Origin: a virus
Taxonomy: Duplodnaviria > Caudoviricetes
IMG/VR virus record: IMGVR_UViG_3300033148_007689
Coordinates: 1-57,013 of that record
DNA: 57,013 nucleotides
Reading direction: 5' to 3' (one strand)
Shown here: one piece after another, positions 31,834 through 41,719 of the stretch
Position numbering within the stretch: position 1 is the stretch's first letter
Layout: the number at the start of each line of letters is the position of its first letter
Position numbers and translations under genes: made by a program
The notes under the pieces: generated by a model
Told to the model about the DNA's origin: nothing
The model's database searches: none
What the model saw: the letters and a program-made list of their open reading frames with translations, nothing else

Positions 31834-32193
31834 TCAAGTTTTCTTTATGTCCTCATTGTGGGTTCTGCTTAGATGAAAACCTGCTTTGATCCAAATCAGA
31901 TACATATACGCTGTTATTTTGAGCAGATCTTTCTCCTGACCAAAATTCTTGAAGCGACCTAAGTACTTCAAACATGTCCCAAGCACCCAGTCAACTCCAG
32001 TCTTTCCAGGAACGAACTCGCATATGAGATCAGTCATCTCCTTATCTTCTAATAGCTGATATTTATCCCCACCATGCTCAAGTTGGTTCCTGATCAGTTT
32101 TACGAATTTATCAAAGTTCTCTTTCTTTTCTTTCAGAGAAGAATTGTATATTTTTCTAGTAGCCGTTTTATTTCTTTTCATTAAATTCCCCAC
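31834..32193 (-). CDS. Hypothetical phage protein
   Basis: KYLGRFKN..KDLLK motif typical of small phage nucleotide-region proteins. Confidence 0.55.
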   Translation of the reverse strand: MGNLMKRNKTATRKIYNSSLKEKKENFDKFVKLIRNQLEHGGDKYQLLEDKEMTDLICEFVPGKTGVDWVLGTCLKYLGRFKNFGQEKDLLKITAYMYLIWIKAGFHLSRTHNEDIKKT

Positions 32194-32548
32194 TCATCAC
32201 TTTATCCAAGAATATAGACAAATTCTCTATCTCTTCTTCATTAGGAGATTTCTTAGCATATATTATATTATGTATAGTACCTACTACAAACTCATCCATA
32301 ATATCAGATACCAACATATGTAGAGCATCTTCTTTAAAGATCTCATCCTCCTTACCTCTCCTACTTTGAGACAGAAAATGTTTTAAGAGGTTTATCTGCG
32401 AGGGGGATAAATGCAATGCAATTGGAATTACACCTATACCCTCTTTCCTCTCTGCTTCATTTCTATATTCCTCCTCAAACCTTGATAATACCGCTTCAAA
32501 GAGAGATTCTTGTAATTTTCGTATTTTCCACCTTTTAAATATATTCAT
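32168..32548 (-). CDS. Hypothetical protein
   Basis: ORF in operon context. Confidence 0.55.
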   Translation of the reverse strand: MNIFKRWKIRKLQESLFEAVLSRFEEEYRNEAERKEGIGVIPIALHLSPSQINLLKHFLSQSRRGKEDEIFKEDALHMLVSDIMDEFVVGTIHNIIYAKKSPNEEEIENLSIFLDKVMSGEFNEKK

Positions 32549-32639
32549 AGGTTGACCCCTTTTTTATGATCCTAACCATAGCCTAATAGGAAGTGCAGTA
32601 GCATGGGTGCTAGTGCACTCTAGCCTTAATTCCCATAAC

Positions 32640-33011
32640 TTACCGTTCGGCTATGGTTAAGCTTTTATTATAAATCTTAAAGAATACCTTAGCATCCATT
32701 ATTACAACAGGCTGCTCATTATTCCTCTTGCAGAATAACAACCAATCGGTTCCCTCCAGCTGATTAGCCTTCGCTTGCTTTATCCATTCATGGATAGAAT
32801 ACTTCTCAGCATTTTTACACTCCACACTATAAGGAAAGAGCTCTTTGGCTTTGCCATAGAGTTTTAGGTCTACACCTCCTTGCCCCATTTCTCTTCCTTG
32901 GATTAGTTCATCTTTCCCCCAGGGGATGTCTAATATATTAGACACCTGCTGGGCAATCCAATTCTGCAGTCTTCTGCCCTTAGCTTTTCTCGATTTTATC
33001 GAAATTGTCAT
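32640..33011 (-). CDS. Holliday junction resolvase (PD-(D/E)xK)
   Basis: SRKAKGRRLQ..GVDL..SVECKN. Confidence 0.8.
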   Translation of the reverse strand: MTISIKSRKAKGRRLQNWIAQQVSNILDIPWGKDELIQGREMGQGGVDLKLYGKAKELFPYSVECKNAEKYSIHEWIKQAKANQLEGTDWLLFCKRNNEQPVVIMDAKVFFKIYNKSLTIAER

Positions 33012-33018
33012 TATAATC

Positions 33019-33372
33019 TTATCTCCATGTTAGTCCTTCTCTTCTTACACTATCCATTATTTTATTTCTAGCATGAAATATTCCTTGAGCAGCTCGTACT
33101 ATCAGTTTCTTCAGAAATTTCTCTCTTTCTTTATCAGACATTGGGAACTCGTCTGATTGAAAATCAATTTGCCTAGCATAATTAATAACTTTCCTATTTT
33201 TATCTGCTATCAATAATTGTACACCCATACCATCTTTAAGAGAAATAAAATGTTTAACAGAAATAGCTTCTTTGCAGGACGCCCCTGCTGTCTCTTTCCC
33301 TTTGGCAATTCTTGGAAAAAATAAACTTAAGAATAGAAAAGGAACTGATTTTATAAATTCTCTTCTTCTCAT
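33019..33372 (-). CDS. Tat-signal-bearing paralog of 2104-2376
   Basis: MRRREFIK plus hydrophobic stretch; shared C-terminal domain. Confidence 0.65.
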   Translation of the reverse strand: MRRREFIKSVPFLFLSLFFPRIAKGKETAGASCKEAISVKHFISLKDGMGVQLLIADKNRKVINYARQIDFQSDEFPMSDKEREKFLKKLIVRAAQGIFHARNKIMDSVRREGLTWR

Positions 33373-33373
33373 A

Positions 33374-33832
33374 TTACTCCTCCTTATACCTTAGTACTCC
33401 ACCTTCAGGAACTAAACACAATTTTCCCCAGAAATTCTGCCATTTTCCTACACTAAACCACATAGGTTCTCTGCCCAGGTTTTGAGGTAAACCTAATGTA
33501 AAAGCCCCCATATCCTTAAACTCAGCAATGAATGCCTTTTTATCAAACCTATTTAAAGGGCACTTAAAGTCCAAACATGTGTGTGCCCTTTCACAATATT
33601 GGTGTGTAGGCTCAACCTCTATGGTAGTGATCATTGTTGTCTTATCCCAATCTAAAGGAGTAATAGCAAACACCCCCTTGGGGAAATGGCAAACCCCAAA
33701 GAAGCATCGGCTCCACTTCTTATCGTGTCTAAAGATAATTCTCCCATCTATCCAAGTTACCCCTACTGAGATCGCTCCTGGGGGAACTATTAACTTTTGT
33801 TCTACAATATGCTCCCTTTCTTGTTTGTCCAC
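33374..33832 (-). CDS. Hypothetical protein (likely GTG start)
   Basis: GTG GAC AAA just after a TAAACCAG leader motif. Confidence 0.55.
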   Translation of the reverse strand: MDKQEREHIVEQKLIVPPGAISVGVTWIDGRIIFRHDKKWSRCFFGVCHFPKGVFAITPLDWDKTTMITTIEVEPTHQYCERAHTCLDFKCPLNRFDKKAFIAEFKDMGAFTLGLPQNLGREPMWFSVGKWQNFWGKLCLVPEGGVLRYKEE

Positions 33833-33896
33833 CTTATTCTGGTTTACAAAACCTACCAAAAATAATAGGTTTTGAAGGCAGCCTTTCTTCTACCTG

Positions 33897-34551
33897 TTAG
33901 TATGTTCCATCAGCAATTTTTTTAAGTGAATCTCTAATGTCTTGTCCGTCAACATCGTGACCAACATTTACCCATCCATTTTCAAATTTCTGAGATGAGC
34001 GAGCAAAGAGTTCTATTCTCGGCAAATCACCACACAATTTGACTATTTTGTCCCTAACAATAGTAGGTTTCTTTGAATGCTCTGTTCTAGGATGAATTAA
34101 CACACTTGAAATTGTATTATCTATTACAATAGGTTTCCCTTTCACTCCAATTAAACACACTTCACAATTGGATTTAGTATAATAACCTATCCCAAAAAAT
34201 GGTCGACCATTGATTTTATTTGTTTTAATCCAACTGAATCCAAGTGTTTTATATTGAAATCCCCACGCTTTTATTACATCTAATGCTTCCTGTAAATTTG
34301 GAAATGTAGCCCATAAAAATAGCATACAATTTCTATCAGCAATTGTGCCAACAGGGATACTCTTTATATCTTCTATATCCATAACATCATAATGAACCAC
34401 CGCTCCCCCACAGAATCGTGTATGTTTATTTCTTCTGTCGTTATATCTCCACGGTGAGTTATGGGTCTGCGTAAATGATTTGATATTTCTTATTACGCAG
34501 ACCTTTGGCATCACCCCCTTCAGAACCTGAGGTAATCCTTAATTGTTCCAT
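33897..34551 (-). pseudogene. MT-A70-family methyltransferase broken by a 7-nt insertion in DPPW
   Basis: ATG 34551 ..KKYQIIYADP-[TAACTCA]-PWRY..LFLWAT..HSKKP..IELFAR. Confidence 0.75.
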
Positions 34552-36335
34552 TACCCAGCTCCTACAATAGTTGAAATCCCATCACTTTTCTCAACATTAA
34601 TGATATTACTAAACCTGTCTTGAATTTGTGAATGAGACATAACAAAAATAGAACCCACATCCTGAGACTTCAATCGTAGAAGATCTACCACTGAATCACA
34701 GCCTGCTCCATCTAACGACCCCTCAAGCACTTCATCTAAAAATAGAAAGTTGAAATCACTCATCAACTCATGGAATGCAAACATATCAGCAACCCTGACT
34801 CGTTGTTTTTCACCGCCAGAGAAGCTGTGGTAATCACGTGATCTACCACTTGAATCAATCACTTTATAAGATATTTTTTCTCTACTCTCTTTAGATTTCA
34901 GTTGAGATTGTGCTGATAATTTTACTGATGTATTACTTACCTGTGATAAATAACTGTTAATTAAATCCTCTAAATCTCCGAGCATACCCTCTATTTTAAG
35001 ATTGGGTATGCCTTGCTTACCAAAACCTTTTATCCAAAATTCATAATATTTATATTCATCAGATAATTTAGCATTCTCATTTTTCTTATCTTTAATCCAA
35101 CCTGCAGTTTGATCAATCTTATCGTTTATTCCTTGTCTAATTTCTTCATATGGATTCTGTTCTGCACTAATCTCTTTTATTCTCTCATCTATAGAAATTA
35201 TCTCTTTTTCAATATTTACGTTCTCATATCTTATTCTCTCTATTTCTTTTTCATGCTCTTGTATCTGTCTTACTATTTTGTTATCTTCTTCTATTTCCTT
35301 TTCATACTTTTCAATCTTTGTCTCTATGTCTTTTAGTTTAAGTGTAAGTTTTGTATTCTTCTTATTAAGTTTATTTAATTTTGGAGTATATATTTCTTTA
35401 ACTTTATTAGATTCTTCGGTCAGTCGTGAGCACTCATCTTTAAATATAGGACATATATTGTTTTCAGATTCATTTAATTGTTGTGTTATAAGTTTTATTT
35501 CTTGTTGTATTTCTATTCTGTTTTTAGTTAGTTCTTTTCTATTTTGTTCTATAGTATTATATTCTTCTATATTCGGTATAATTCTATTTGAATGCAAATC
35601 AGCTATTTCTGATTCTAAATCTGAAGTATCTTTTGGTTTCAAATTATCTTTTTTCAGTAACAGTTCTGCTATTTTCGTCCTTTTTTCTACATCAAAATTA
35701 CTAATTTTGTTATCATAACTTTTCAGTTCTTCTTTTAATTCCTCTATACTTTTCTCATAATAATTTATTTTTATGTTATTATCATTTATATTATGCTCTA
35801 TTTCATTACATTTTTCTTTTGCTCTGTCTTGAAATACGTCATATTTACCTAGATCTAAAAACTTGTATAATATATCTTTTCTCTGGGAGTCCTTAGCTTC
35901 AGCAAAAGAGGAGGAGTACTGAGAAAAAATGGTAGACATAAACAAATTACTAGTATCTAATAACTTGTCTATCTCTTTTTGGGTATCCCTCCTGTCAGTA
36001 TGAGTAAAACTATCACTCCCATTTAATTTTAGTATAGTATCATTTTTGTGCTTTTTGCTATTTCTATATTTTGTTATTTCAATAATATCATTATCTTTCT
36101 CTAACTTACAATACATTTTACACTCAGTGTTTCCCTCTCTAGGAAACTCTTCCAGAGGAATAGAATCTGAAATAGTGTCTGTCAGAAGATATTCAACAGC
36201 TTGTCTAATAGAAGACTTCCCACTTCCATTTGATCCCTGAATCAAAGTGAGACCTCTGCTATCTAAGTTGGTTAAATTTAATTCTTTCCAACTCCTAAAA
36301 TTTTGGAGTTCTAGTGTTTTTAACCTAATAGTCAT
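34551..36335 (-). CDS. Rad50/SbcC (T4 gp46-like) ATPase
   Basis: GSNGSGKS Walker A, CPxxxxxC hook, FSGGE signature, FLDE. Confidence 0.9.
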   Translation of the reverse strand: MTIRLKTLELQNFRSWKELNLTNLDSRGLTLIQGSNGSGKSSIRQAVEYLLTDTISDSIPLEEFPREGNTECKMYCKLEKDNDIIEITKYRNSKKHKNDTILKLNGSDSFTHTDRRDTQKEIDKLLDTSNLFMSTIFSQYSSSFAEAKDSQRKDILYKFLDLGKYDVFQDRAKEKCNEIEHNINDNNIKINYYEKSIEELKEELKSYDNKISNFDVEKRTKIAELLLKKDNLKPKDTSDLESEIADLHSNRIIPNIEEYNTIEQNRKELTKNRIEIQQEIKLITQQLNESENNICPIFKDECSRLTEESNKVKEIYTPKLNKLNKKNTKLTLKLKDIETKIEKYEKEIEEDNKIVRQIQEHEKEIERIRYENVNIEKEIISIDERIKEISAEQNPYEEIRQGINDKIDQTAGWIKDKKNENAKLSDEYKYYEFWIKGFGKQGIPNLKIEGMLGDLEDLINSYLSQVSNTSVKLSAQSQLKSKESREKISYKVIDSSGRSRDYHSFSGGEKQRVRVADMFAFHELMSDFNFLFLDEVLEGSLDGAGCDSVVDLLRLKSQDVGSIFVMSHSQIQDRFSNIINVEKSDGISTIVGAG

Positions 36336-37064
36336 TTTTTCTCCTTCAACCTAATTACTAGTGTGGATAAACAAATTTAATTCCACATTCAGAGCAGAAC
36401 GCTTCTACAACCTTTTCACTATCTGAAGGTACATACCCCCACTCAAAAACGGATTCTACTTCCCCAGACTCTGTAATTTCTAAAATTCTGACCTTTTTCT
36501 GTCCCCTGCAGACAGGACACTCACTATCATAAATATTAAACATTTTAACCCCATCTCCATATTTTAGTCAATCATCTATTTTATCAAATATCTGAACAGG
36601 CGTGTCGTCTTGCTGACTTAATATCTCATTCAAAAGTCGAAGTCGAGTGTTATGGCTCAAAGATAAATAACCTTTTATATCCATTTTTAATGAATCTTGC
36701 AAAATGTAAACCAGCCAATGTGCTTGTTTATCTGTTAGAATCATTTAACCCCCTCCTTTTTAATTTTATATGGAATGCCTTGTTTCTTCAGCAAGTTTTC
36801 ATATGCCTTTGCTAACTTAAAGATATCTTCACCTTTTGTAAGTGTAATTGTGATCATCTTATCTTTCCACATGAAAAATACACTAAACGGCACATCTTGA
36901 TCGTTTATAGAAATAGATTCAGCCTCTTCGTTACTCATCAACCAATTTCTCACTATTGCACTCCTTTTTTCAATTCAGGCTTACCTTAAGGGTCAAATAT
37001 ATCACTGCAGGCATCCTCCAGACAGGCATTAAAATTATGAAACTAACATAGTTCATCTTCCACC

Positions 37065-37355
37065 TCAAACTTCTTGTTTGATTTTACTGATGCTCTCATG
37101 TACATCGTTCCTTTCCCCCACAACATCTCGAAGTGCCAGATAAACTAGATCCCAGATTGACATGTCCAGACGAGGGAAACCTTTTACTACACCTTTTTCC
37201 CACACCCTCATTCTCTCATTTGGTGTAGTATTAATCGCTTTATAATTACCTACAGCCTGTGTACCCGTTCCATCATTTATAATCTTGGCTTTACCTATAG
37301 TTTTCTTCAGGCTCTCAATGCCAAATGGTACAATCTCAAGCGTTACTCTAATCAC
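37065..37355 (-). CDS. Hypothetical phage protein
   Basis: IINDGTG..GNY motif. Confidence 0.6.
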   Translation of the reverse strand: MIRVTLEIVPFGIESLKKTIGKAKIINDGTGTQAVGNYKAINTTPNERMRVWEKGVVKGFPRLDMSIWDLVYLALRDVVGERNDVHESISKIKQEV

Positions 37356-37593
37356 TTATCTTCCTCACATGGCAAATGATAACCTGTTCACCAACTATTG
37401 CATCAAAGAGTTCATGACTTATTGCAGTTACTTCAAACTCTGCTACAGCCTCTTTCTCTTCAGAGAGAGGCTGGTACAATTTGAATTTATCTCCCTCTTT
37501 ATAAATATAAGATGGATTTGGTATTGGGGGAATCACAAAATCTCCTCCCCCCTCGATCTCAAATTCAATTCTGTGATCTGCTTTTATTTCCAT
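37348..37593 (-). CDS. Hypothetical protein
   Basis: ATG directly after a TAAACCAG leader motif. Confidence 0.6.
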   Translation of the reverse strand: MEIKADHRIEFEIEGGGDFVIPPIPNPSYIYKEGDKFKLYQPLSEEKEAVAEFEVTAISHELFDAIVGEQVIICHVRKISD

Positions 37594-37674
37594 AATTTAA
37601 TCCTGGTTTACAAAACCTACCAAAGATAGTAGATTCTGAAGGATGCCTTTCTCATCCCGAAGTAGTTAAAAAAT

Positions 37675-37975
37675 GTGAATGCTCCCCCGGCTATAAGCTG
37701 TGGGCTTCTAAGGGTAAGGACTGACGTCCTTTTCCTAAGCTCTGCATTCCCAGAACTAAAATATTTTTGGCAGCATTAACATCACGATTTAAATGGAGAT
37801 TACAAATAGGGCAATGGTATACCCTTTCAGACAATTCAAGTTTATGCCTATTTCCACATTGAGAACATATCTGGCTGGTATAGGCAGGGTTGACCTTAAC
37901 CGTCCGACCCCCGGCCCATGCTGCCTTGAAGTCGAGAAGGTTAAGAAATTGTCTCCATGCTGCATCTCCAATTAA
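37675..37975 (-). pseudogene. tnpB: IS605-family tnpB 3' remnant with right end
   Basis: DAAWRQFLNLLDFKAA / frameshift / KVNPAYTSQICSQCG..CPIC..NRDVNAAKNIL; end hairpin CCCACAGCTTATAGCCGGGG followed by TCAC. Confidence 0.85.
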
Positions 37976-38385
37976 TCGGCATCAATTTCGTGGTCGGCTT
38001 CAGTGCCCTTGTTAGGGAACGGCTCTAATTCATCTAATAACTGCCACGCTTTTTGTTGATCTCTTTGGGATCTATCGAATGTATAACGTATTACTCTTTT
38101 AAAGATTTTGATTTTCATTTTAATACCCTAACAGTAACATATATCAATAAAGATAAAACGCCTAATACTATTGAATACAAGCCAAGAAATGCTTTCATAT
38201 ACGTTTAGCTTCCTCCTCTGCAAAATGACGACGTTTCTCTTCAGCATCTCTCAAGGAAAGGAAAGCTGATAGACATGCCTGACTCCATGTAATCCGCTTT
38301 CGCTTTGGGGTTTCAATTTCTGAAATACAAAGAGGTCTCTTGCTATTCTGCTTAATTATTTTTTTAATTAGCCATTCCTTAAAGT

Positions 38386-40272
38386 TCATATCAATAACCT
38401 TATTATTGTATCCTTTTCTAATTTCTGTGGTGAAAGGTCTATGTCACAGTTCTCAACATCCTCTACCATTGTTGCACCAGCTTTTTCTAAAATATCATTC
38501 AAACTAATTGTGTTAGTGTAAAAATCAAACAGATATTTTCTACTACGGTCAACAAACTCAGAGCCGGTTGATGTTATTGACTTACCTAAATAAGTTTCTG
38601 CAAAGTAAAATTTAGACTCGTTCTCTGTTGTTGCTATTAATCCTAGTACCTTTTGTTTTTGGTTGATAGTTGAATTAGCAATAGCTTTTACGTTATTTGG
38701 GTCAACCATATAATTCTTCTTAAACCTATTCGCTTGCTCTTTTGCTACTAATATTTTGAAGGGCACTTCTATACTAGCATCAAAGTTATAATAATTGACA
38801 AACATTATTAATGATGCCTCATTCTGTCGTTTAACATAAAATAATTCTGTAGCCCTATTTTTACCACTAGCATCTGTCATGTCTCCAGAGAATAGTATAG
38901 TTCCTGCCCCATCCCTATAATTACCATCCCAACCAAACTTAGTACCTGCATTTATTATGGATAGATCAAGGTCTATCCTCTTATGGTTTATATTGTTCCA
39001 ATGGATGCCAAAAATCATATCATTGGGAACAGATACATAAGAACCAGATGGGAAGTTGCCAGTGAACATCTTTTCGGTTGCTGGAAGAGTATAATGTATA
39101 TAGTCAGGGATATAAATTCTCTTACCAGTTACCTTCTCACTAATATCTTCAATGATAGACTCAAGAACAATATTCAATGCTTCTTTGGCCTTTTCTCGCT
39201 CAAAAAAAGAAAAATCTGTAGCATAGCTTTTTCCATTGCGAATACGGAAAAGAATTGAATCATGCTCTTTTGTTCTGAATTTCAATGCATAAGCCAATCT
39301 TATTTTCCTGAAAATATTTACCCGATCTAACTCCTGTCTTAATATGTCTATATCTATTTCATTACCGTGTTTTATCAGAGAAGTTATGTCATTAAGATAA
39401 TCTGGTTTCATCGGTTTATGATATTTAACAGACAGCTTCCTCAATTTATTTATAATCTTGTTCAACTGTGGGTTTGTCTTGAAGGCAAGAAATAATGGTT
39501 TGAACCGCAGGAAAATTTCAGCCAGTTTTTTCAATCCATATTCTCTATCATAATCCTTAAAAAGCTTAATGATTTTGAGATTTTTGTTACCTTTTATTTC
39601 CTTTATCAGTTCAGCAGACTTTATCAGTAAGGTCTGTTCTGTTGATTGATATACAATATATCTAAGAAATTCAATAGGGTTCTGAGGAACTATATTTAGG
39701 TAGCTATATAAAGCAATCCTAACCTCTTTGTTCTCGATATTCTCTATTTCCTCTACATCTAGCTCCAACCAAAGAGCTATATCAACTACATCATTTATTG
39801 TGTTTTGTTTTAAAGCAATACCTGAAGCTAAGAGGCTTATCAATTTCTCTTTAATCTCACTCTTGGTGTAACCCTTGATAACAACAAGACTAATATTGTC
39901 AATATCGGGTATATCTAATTCCTCTCTAGGAATATAAACAGAGTCTGGGCTATAAACTCCAAAAAGCTCAAAACCATACGTAGTGATATAATGAATCACC
40001 TGCTCTAAAAATAACTGCTCAATATCTGCCTCTTTTATCTTCTTCCAAGATTTGTGGAAAGAGTTATTCATCTGTTCAGGAGTAAGACCAATTTCCTGTT
40101 CAATTATCTCAGTTAACTCAACCAATTCTTTTGTGGAATAATTAGCAACCACATCAGGAGAGAAGATGAAACCTTTCTGTATTGTTTTCTTAAGTAAAGT
40201 TTCACTTACCTTTTCTTTTCTTTTATCTCTTATTGGTAGAGCTTTAAACAGTCGTAGTGTTGAGTAAGTCAT
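38386..40272 (-). CDS. 628-aa protein, helical N-terminus plus TerD-like C-terminus, function unknown
   Basis: IHW..IDLDLS..FSGDMTDA..ATELFY resembles TerD motifs (by eye). Confidence 0.6.
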   Translation of the reverse strand: MTYSTLRLFKALPIRDKRKEKVSETLLKKTIQKGFIFSPDVVANYSTKELVELTEIIEQEIGLTPEQMNNSFHKSWKKIKEADIEQLFLEQVIHYITTYGFELFGVYSPDSVYIPREELDIPDIDNISLVVIKGYTKSEIKEKLISLLASGIALKQNTINDVVDIALWLELDVEEIENIENKEVRIALYSYLNIVPQNPIEFLRYIVYQSTEQTLLIKSAELIKEIKGNKNLKIIKLFKDYDREYGLKKLAEIFLRFKPLFLAFKTNPQLNKIINKLRKLSVKYHKPMKPDYLNDITSLIKHGNEIDIDILRQELDRVNIFRKIRLAYALKFRTKEHDSILFRIRNGKSYATDFSFFEREKAKEALNIVLESIIEDISEKVTGKRIYIPDYIHYTLPATEKMFTGNFPSGSYVSVPNDMIFGIHWNNINHKRIDLDLSIINAGTKFGWDGNYRDGAGTILFSGDMTDASGKNRATELFYVKRQNEASLIMFVNYYNFDASIEVPFKILVAKEQANRFKKNYMVDPNNVKAIANSTINQKQKVLGLIATTENESKFYFAETYLGKSITSTGSEFVDRSRKYLFDFYTNTISLNDILEKAGATMVEDVENCDIDLSPQKLEKDTIIRLLI

Positions 40273-40304
40273 CTTCCTCCCCCTTTCTTAGTTTATTGCT
40301 TAAT

Positions 40305-40481
40305 TTATTCAACGTCCGATAGAGCGTTCCAGAATTTAACTCTCATATCTCTTTCCTCTTCTGGCTCTTCATCTGGATTACCACGAAGAGGATTCTGTAC
40401 TACGCTCTTCAACCACCTCGCCTCTTTTTCAGTAAGCTCAAGAATAATCTTTTGTACTATTTCAGTTTGCCTTCTCATCAT
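40305..40481 (-). CDS. 58-aa hypothetical protein (not in ORF track)
   Basis: SD AAAGGAGG, MMRRQTEIV..SDVE*. Confidence 0.65.
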   Translation of the reverse strand: MMRRQTEIVQKIILELTEKEARWLKSVVQNPLRGNPDEEPEEERDMRVKFWNALSDVE

Positions 40482-40502
40482 CTTATCCTCCTTTCAATTG
40501 GT

Positions 40503-40682
40503 AGGGCGAGGGGTAATAATCCCCAATGATTTTTTATAGGAACCCCATTTGCCTTAAATTAAGGAGCGAGCAATAGTTAATTTAGCAGTTAACTTGTTAG
40601 GAATTGCCTATGCTCCTTTTATTCAAAAGGCGGGCAGTAGTTGTATCCAAATTATACTTTATAGGAACTGCTCTCTGCCTTT
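40503..40682 (-). ncRNA. Tandem array of three ~55-nt hairpin RNAs with variable loops
   Basis: Each unit: outer stem, bulge, 5-bp covarying stem, TCCTA, 19-20 variable nt, AYT. Confidence 0.75.
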
Positions 40683-40690
40683 AAAACTAG

Positions 40691-40718
40691 AACATAATCA
40701 TTAATTCTCATTTGTCAA
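40691..40718 (-). promoter_or_regulatory. Phage early sigma70-type promoter
   Basis: TTGACA-AATGAGAATTAATGAT-TATGTT; same spacer family as 51230, 51853, 52322. Confidence 0.8.
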
Positions 40719-40732
40719 GTGGTAAAATCAAT

Positions 40733-41716
40733 TTATTTTGCCAACTCCTCCCCCACTTTAAGAAGTCTACTATAATCCAATTTCGGTTTTGAGATCTTTA
40801 TATATTCTTTTAATTCATCCCCCTTCCTTAAATTTTTCTTCAGTCGGACTTCTCGTTCCTTCACTTTTATTTCACCTACACTTACATTAAACTTTTTAAA
40901 AACAGGATCACTTAATAGCCTTGAGTCTACATCAATTCTATAAAAGTTCCGGCTATCCCCCATAATAGTCTTCTTAATCTTATCGTTCAGCCCACTGAAC
41001 GTAAAGAATCTTGGGCAAGCTGTAGGGACAGAAATAACCTCACCATCCTTATAATGAATGAATCTTTTTACATCATCTATCTCCCCAAAATCCTGAGCCA
41101 TCGGAGAACCAATATTCACTATATTCCCAAGGGTTTGAGGTTTATGGATATGACTATTAAACACGATATCCCAACTTCCAAATATCTGGCTCTTTAACTT
41201 TGCCCCACTTGTATAATCAGACGGACCAAGCTTAAGTCCAGCAATATCTTCATGTGTAAATAATATAGTTTTATTAAATCCTTTTGGGATAGATAGATTT
41301 CCTTCTACCATCCCATAGGGGATAATACGTATTAGAGTACTATCATATTTGAGATCCTCTGGTTCACAAACTACTCTCACATTGTCAGAAAAAGGCAACA
41401 ATGAAGATTTTCTTCTATCTAAGCTATAAAAATCATGATTGCCAGTATTCATTATAATATCAAAACTTTTGGAGTATTCTCTGTATAAACTCCAAACTAT
41501 ATTTAAAGTATCAAAGTCAATTCTGTTTTTTATCTCAAAGAGATCACCATTAAATATCACAAGATTTATATTATTATCCTTAGCATAACTAAAGATTTGA
41601 TGGGTCACTTGTATTTGCTCCCAGAGCCAGCTATTCATACCATCTGGTCTCGTATAGGACTTAGATGGATTAGTATAGTATTGAATATCCCCATATGTAA
41701 CAAAATTAAGGCTCAT
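40733..41716 (-). CDS. Mre11/SbcD (gp47-like) nuclease
   Basis: GDIQ, GDLF, GNHD, SHIH, GSP..DFGE. Confidence 0.85.
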   Translation of the reverse strand: MSLNFVTYGDIQYYTNPSKSYTRPDGMNSWLWEQIQVTHQIFSYAKDNNINLVIFNGDLFEIKNRIDFDTLNIVWSLYREYSKSFDIIMNTGNHDFYSLDRRKSSLLPFSDNVRVVCEPEDLKYDSTLIRIIPYGMVEGNLSIPKGFNKTILFTHEDIAGLKLGPSDYTSGAKLKSQIFGSWDIVFNSHIHKPQTLGNIVNIGSPMAQDFGEIDDVKRFIHYKDGEVISVPTACPRFFTFSGLNDKIKKTIMGDSRNFYRIDVDSRLLSDPVFKKFNVSVGEIKVKEREVRLKKNLRKGDELKEYIKISKPKLDYSRLLKVGEELAK

Positions 41717-41719
41717 TTT

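Noticed and set aside
37789-37975. Two 60-aa ORFs from the track
   Set aside because: Off-frame readings of the tnpB remnant
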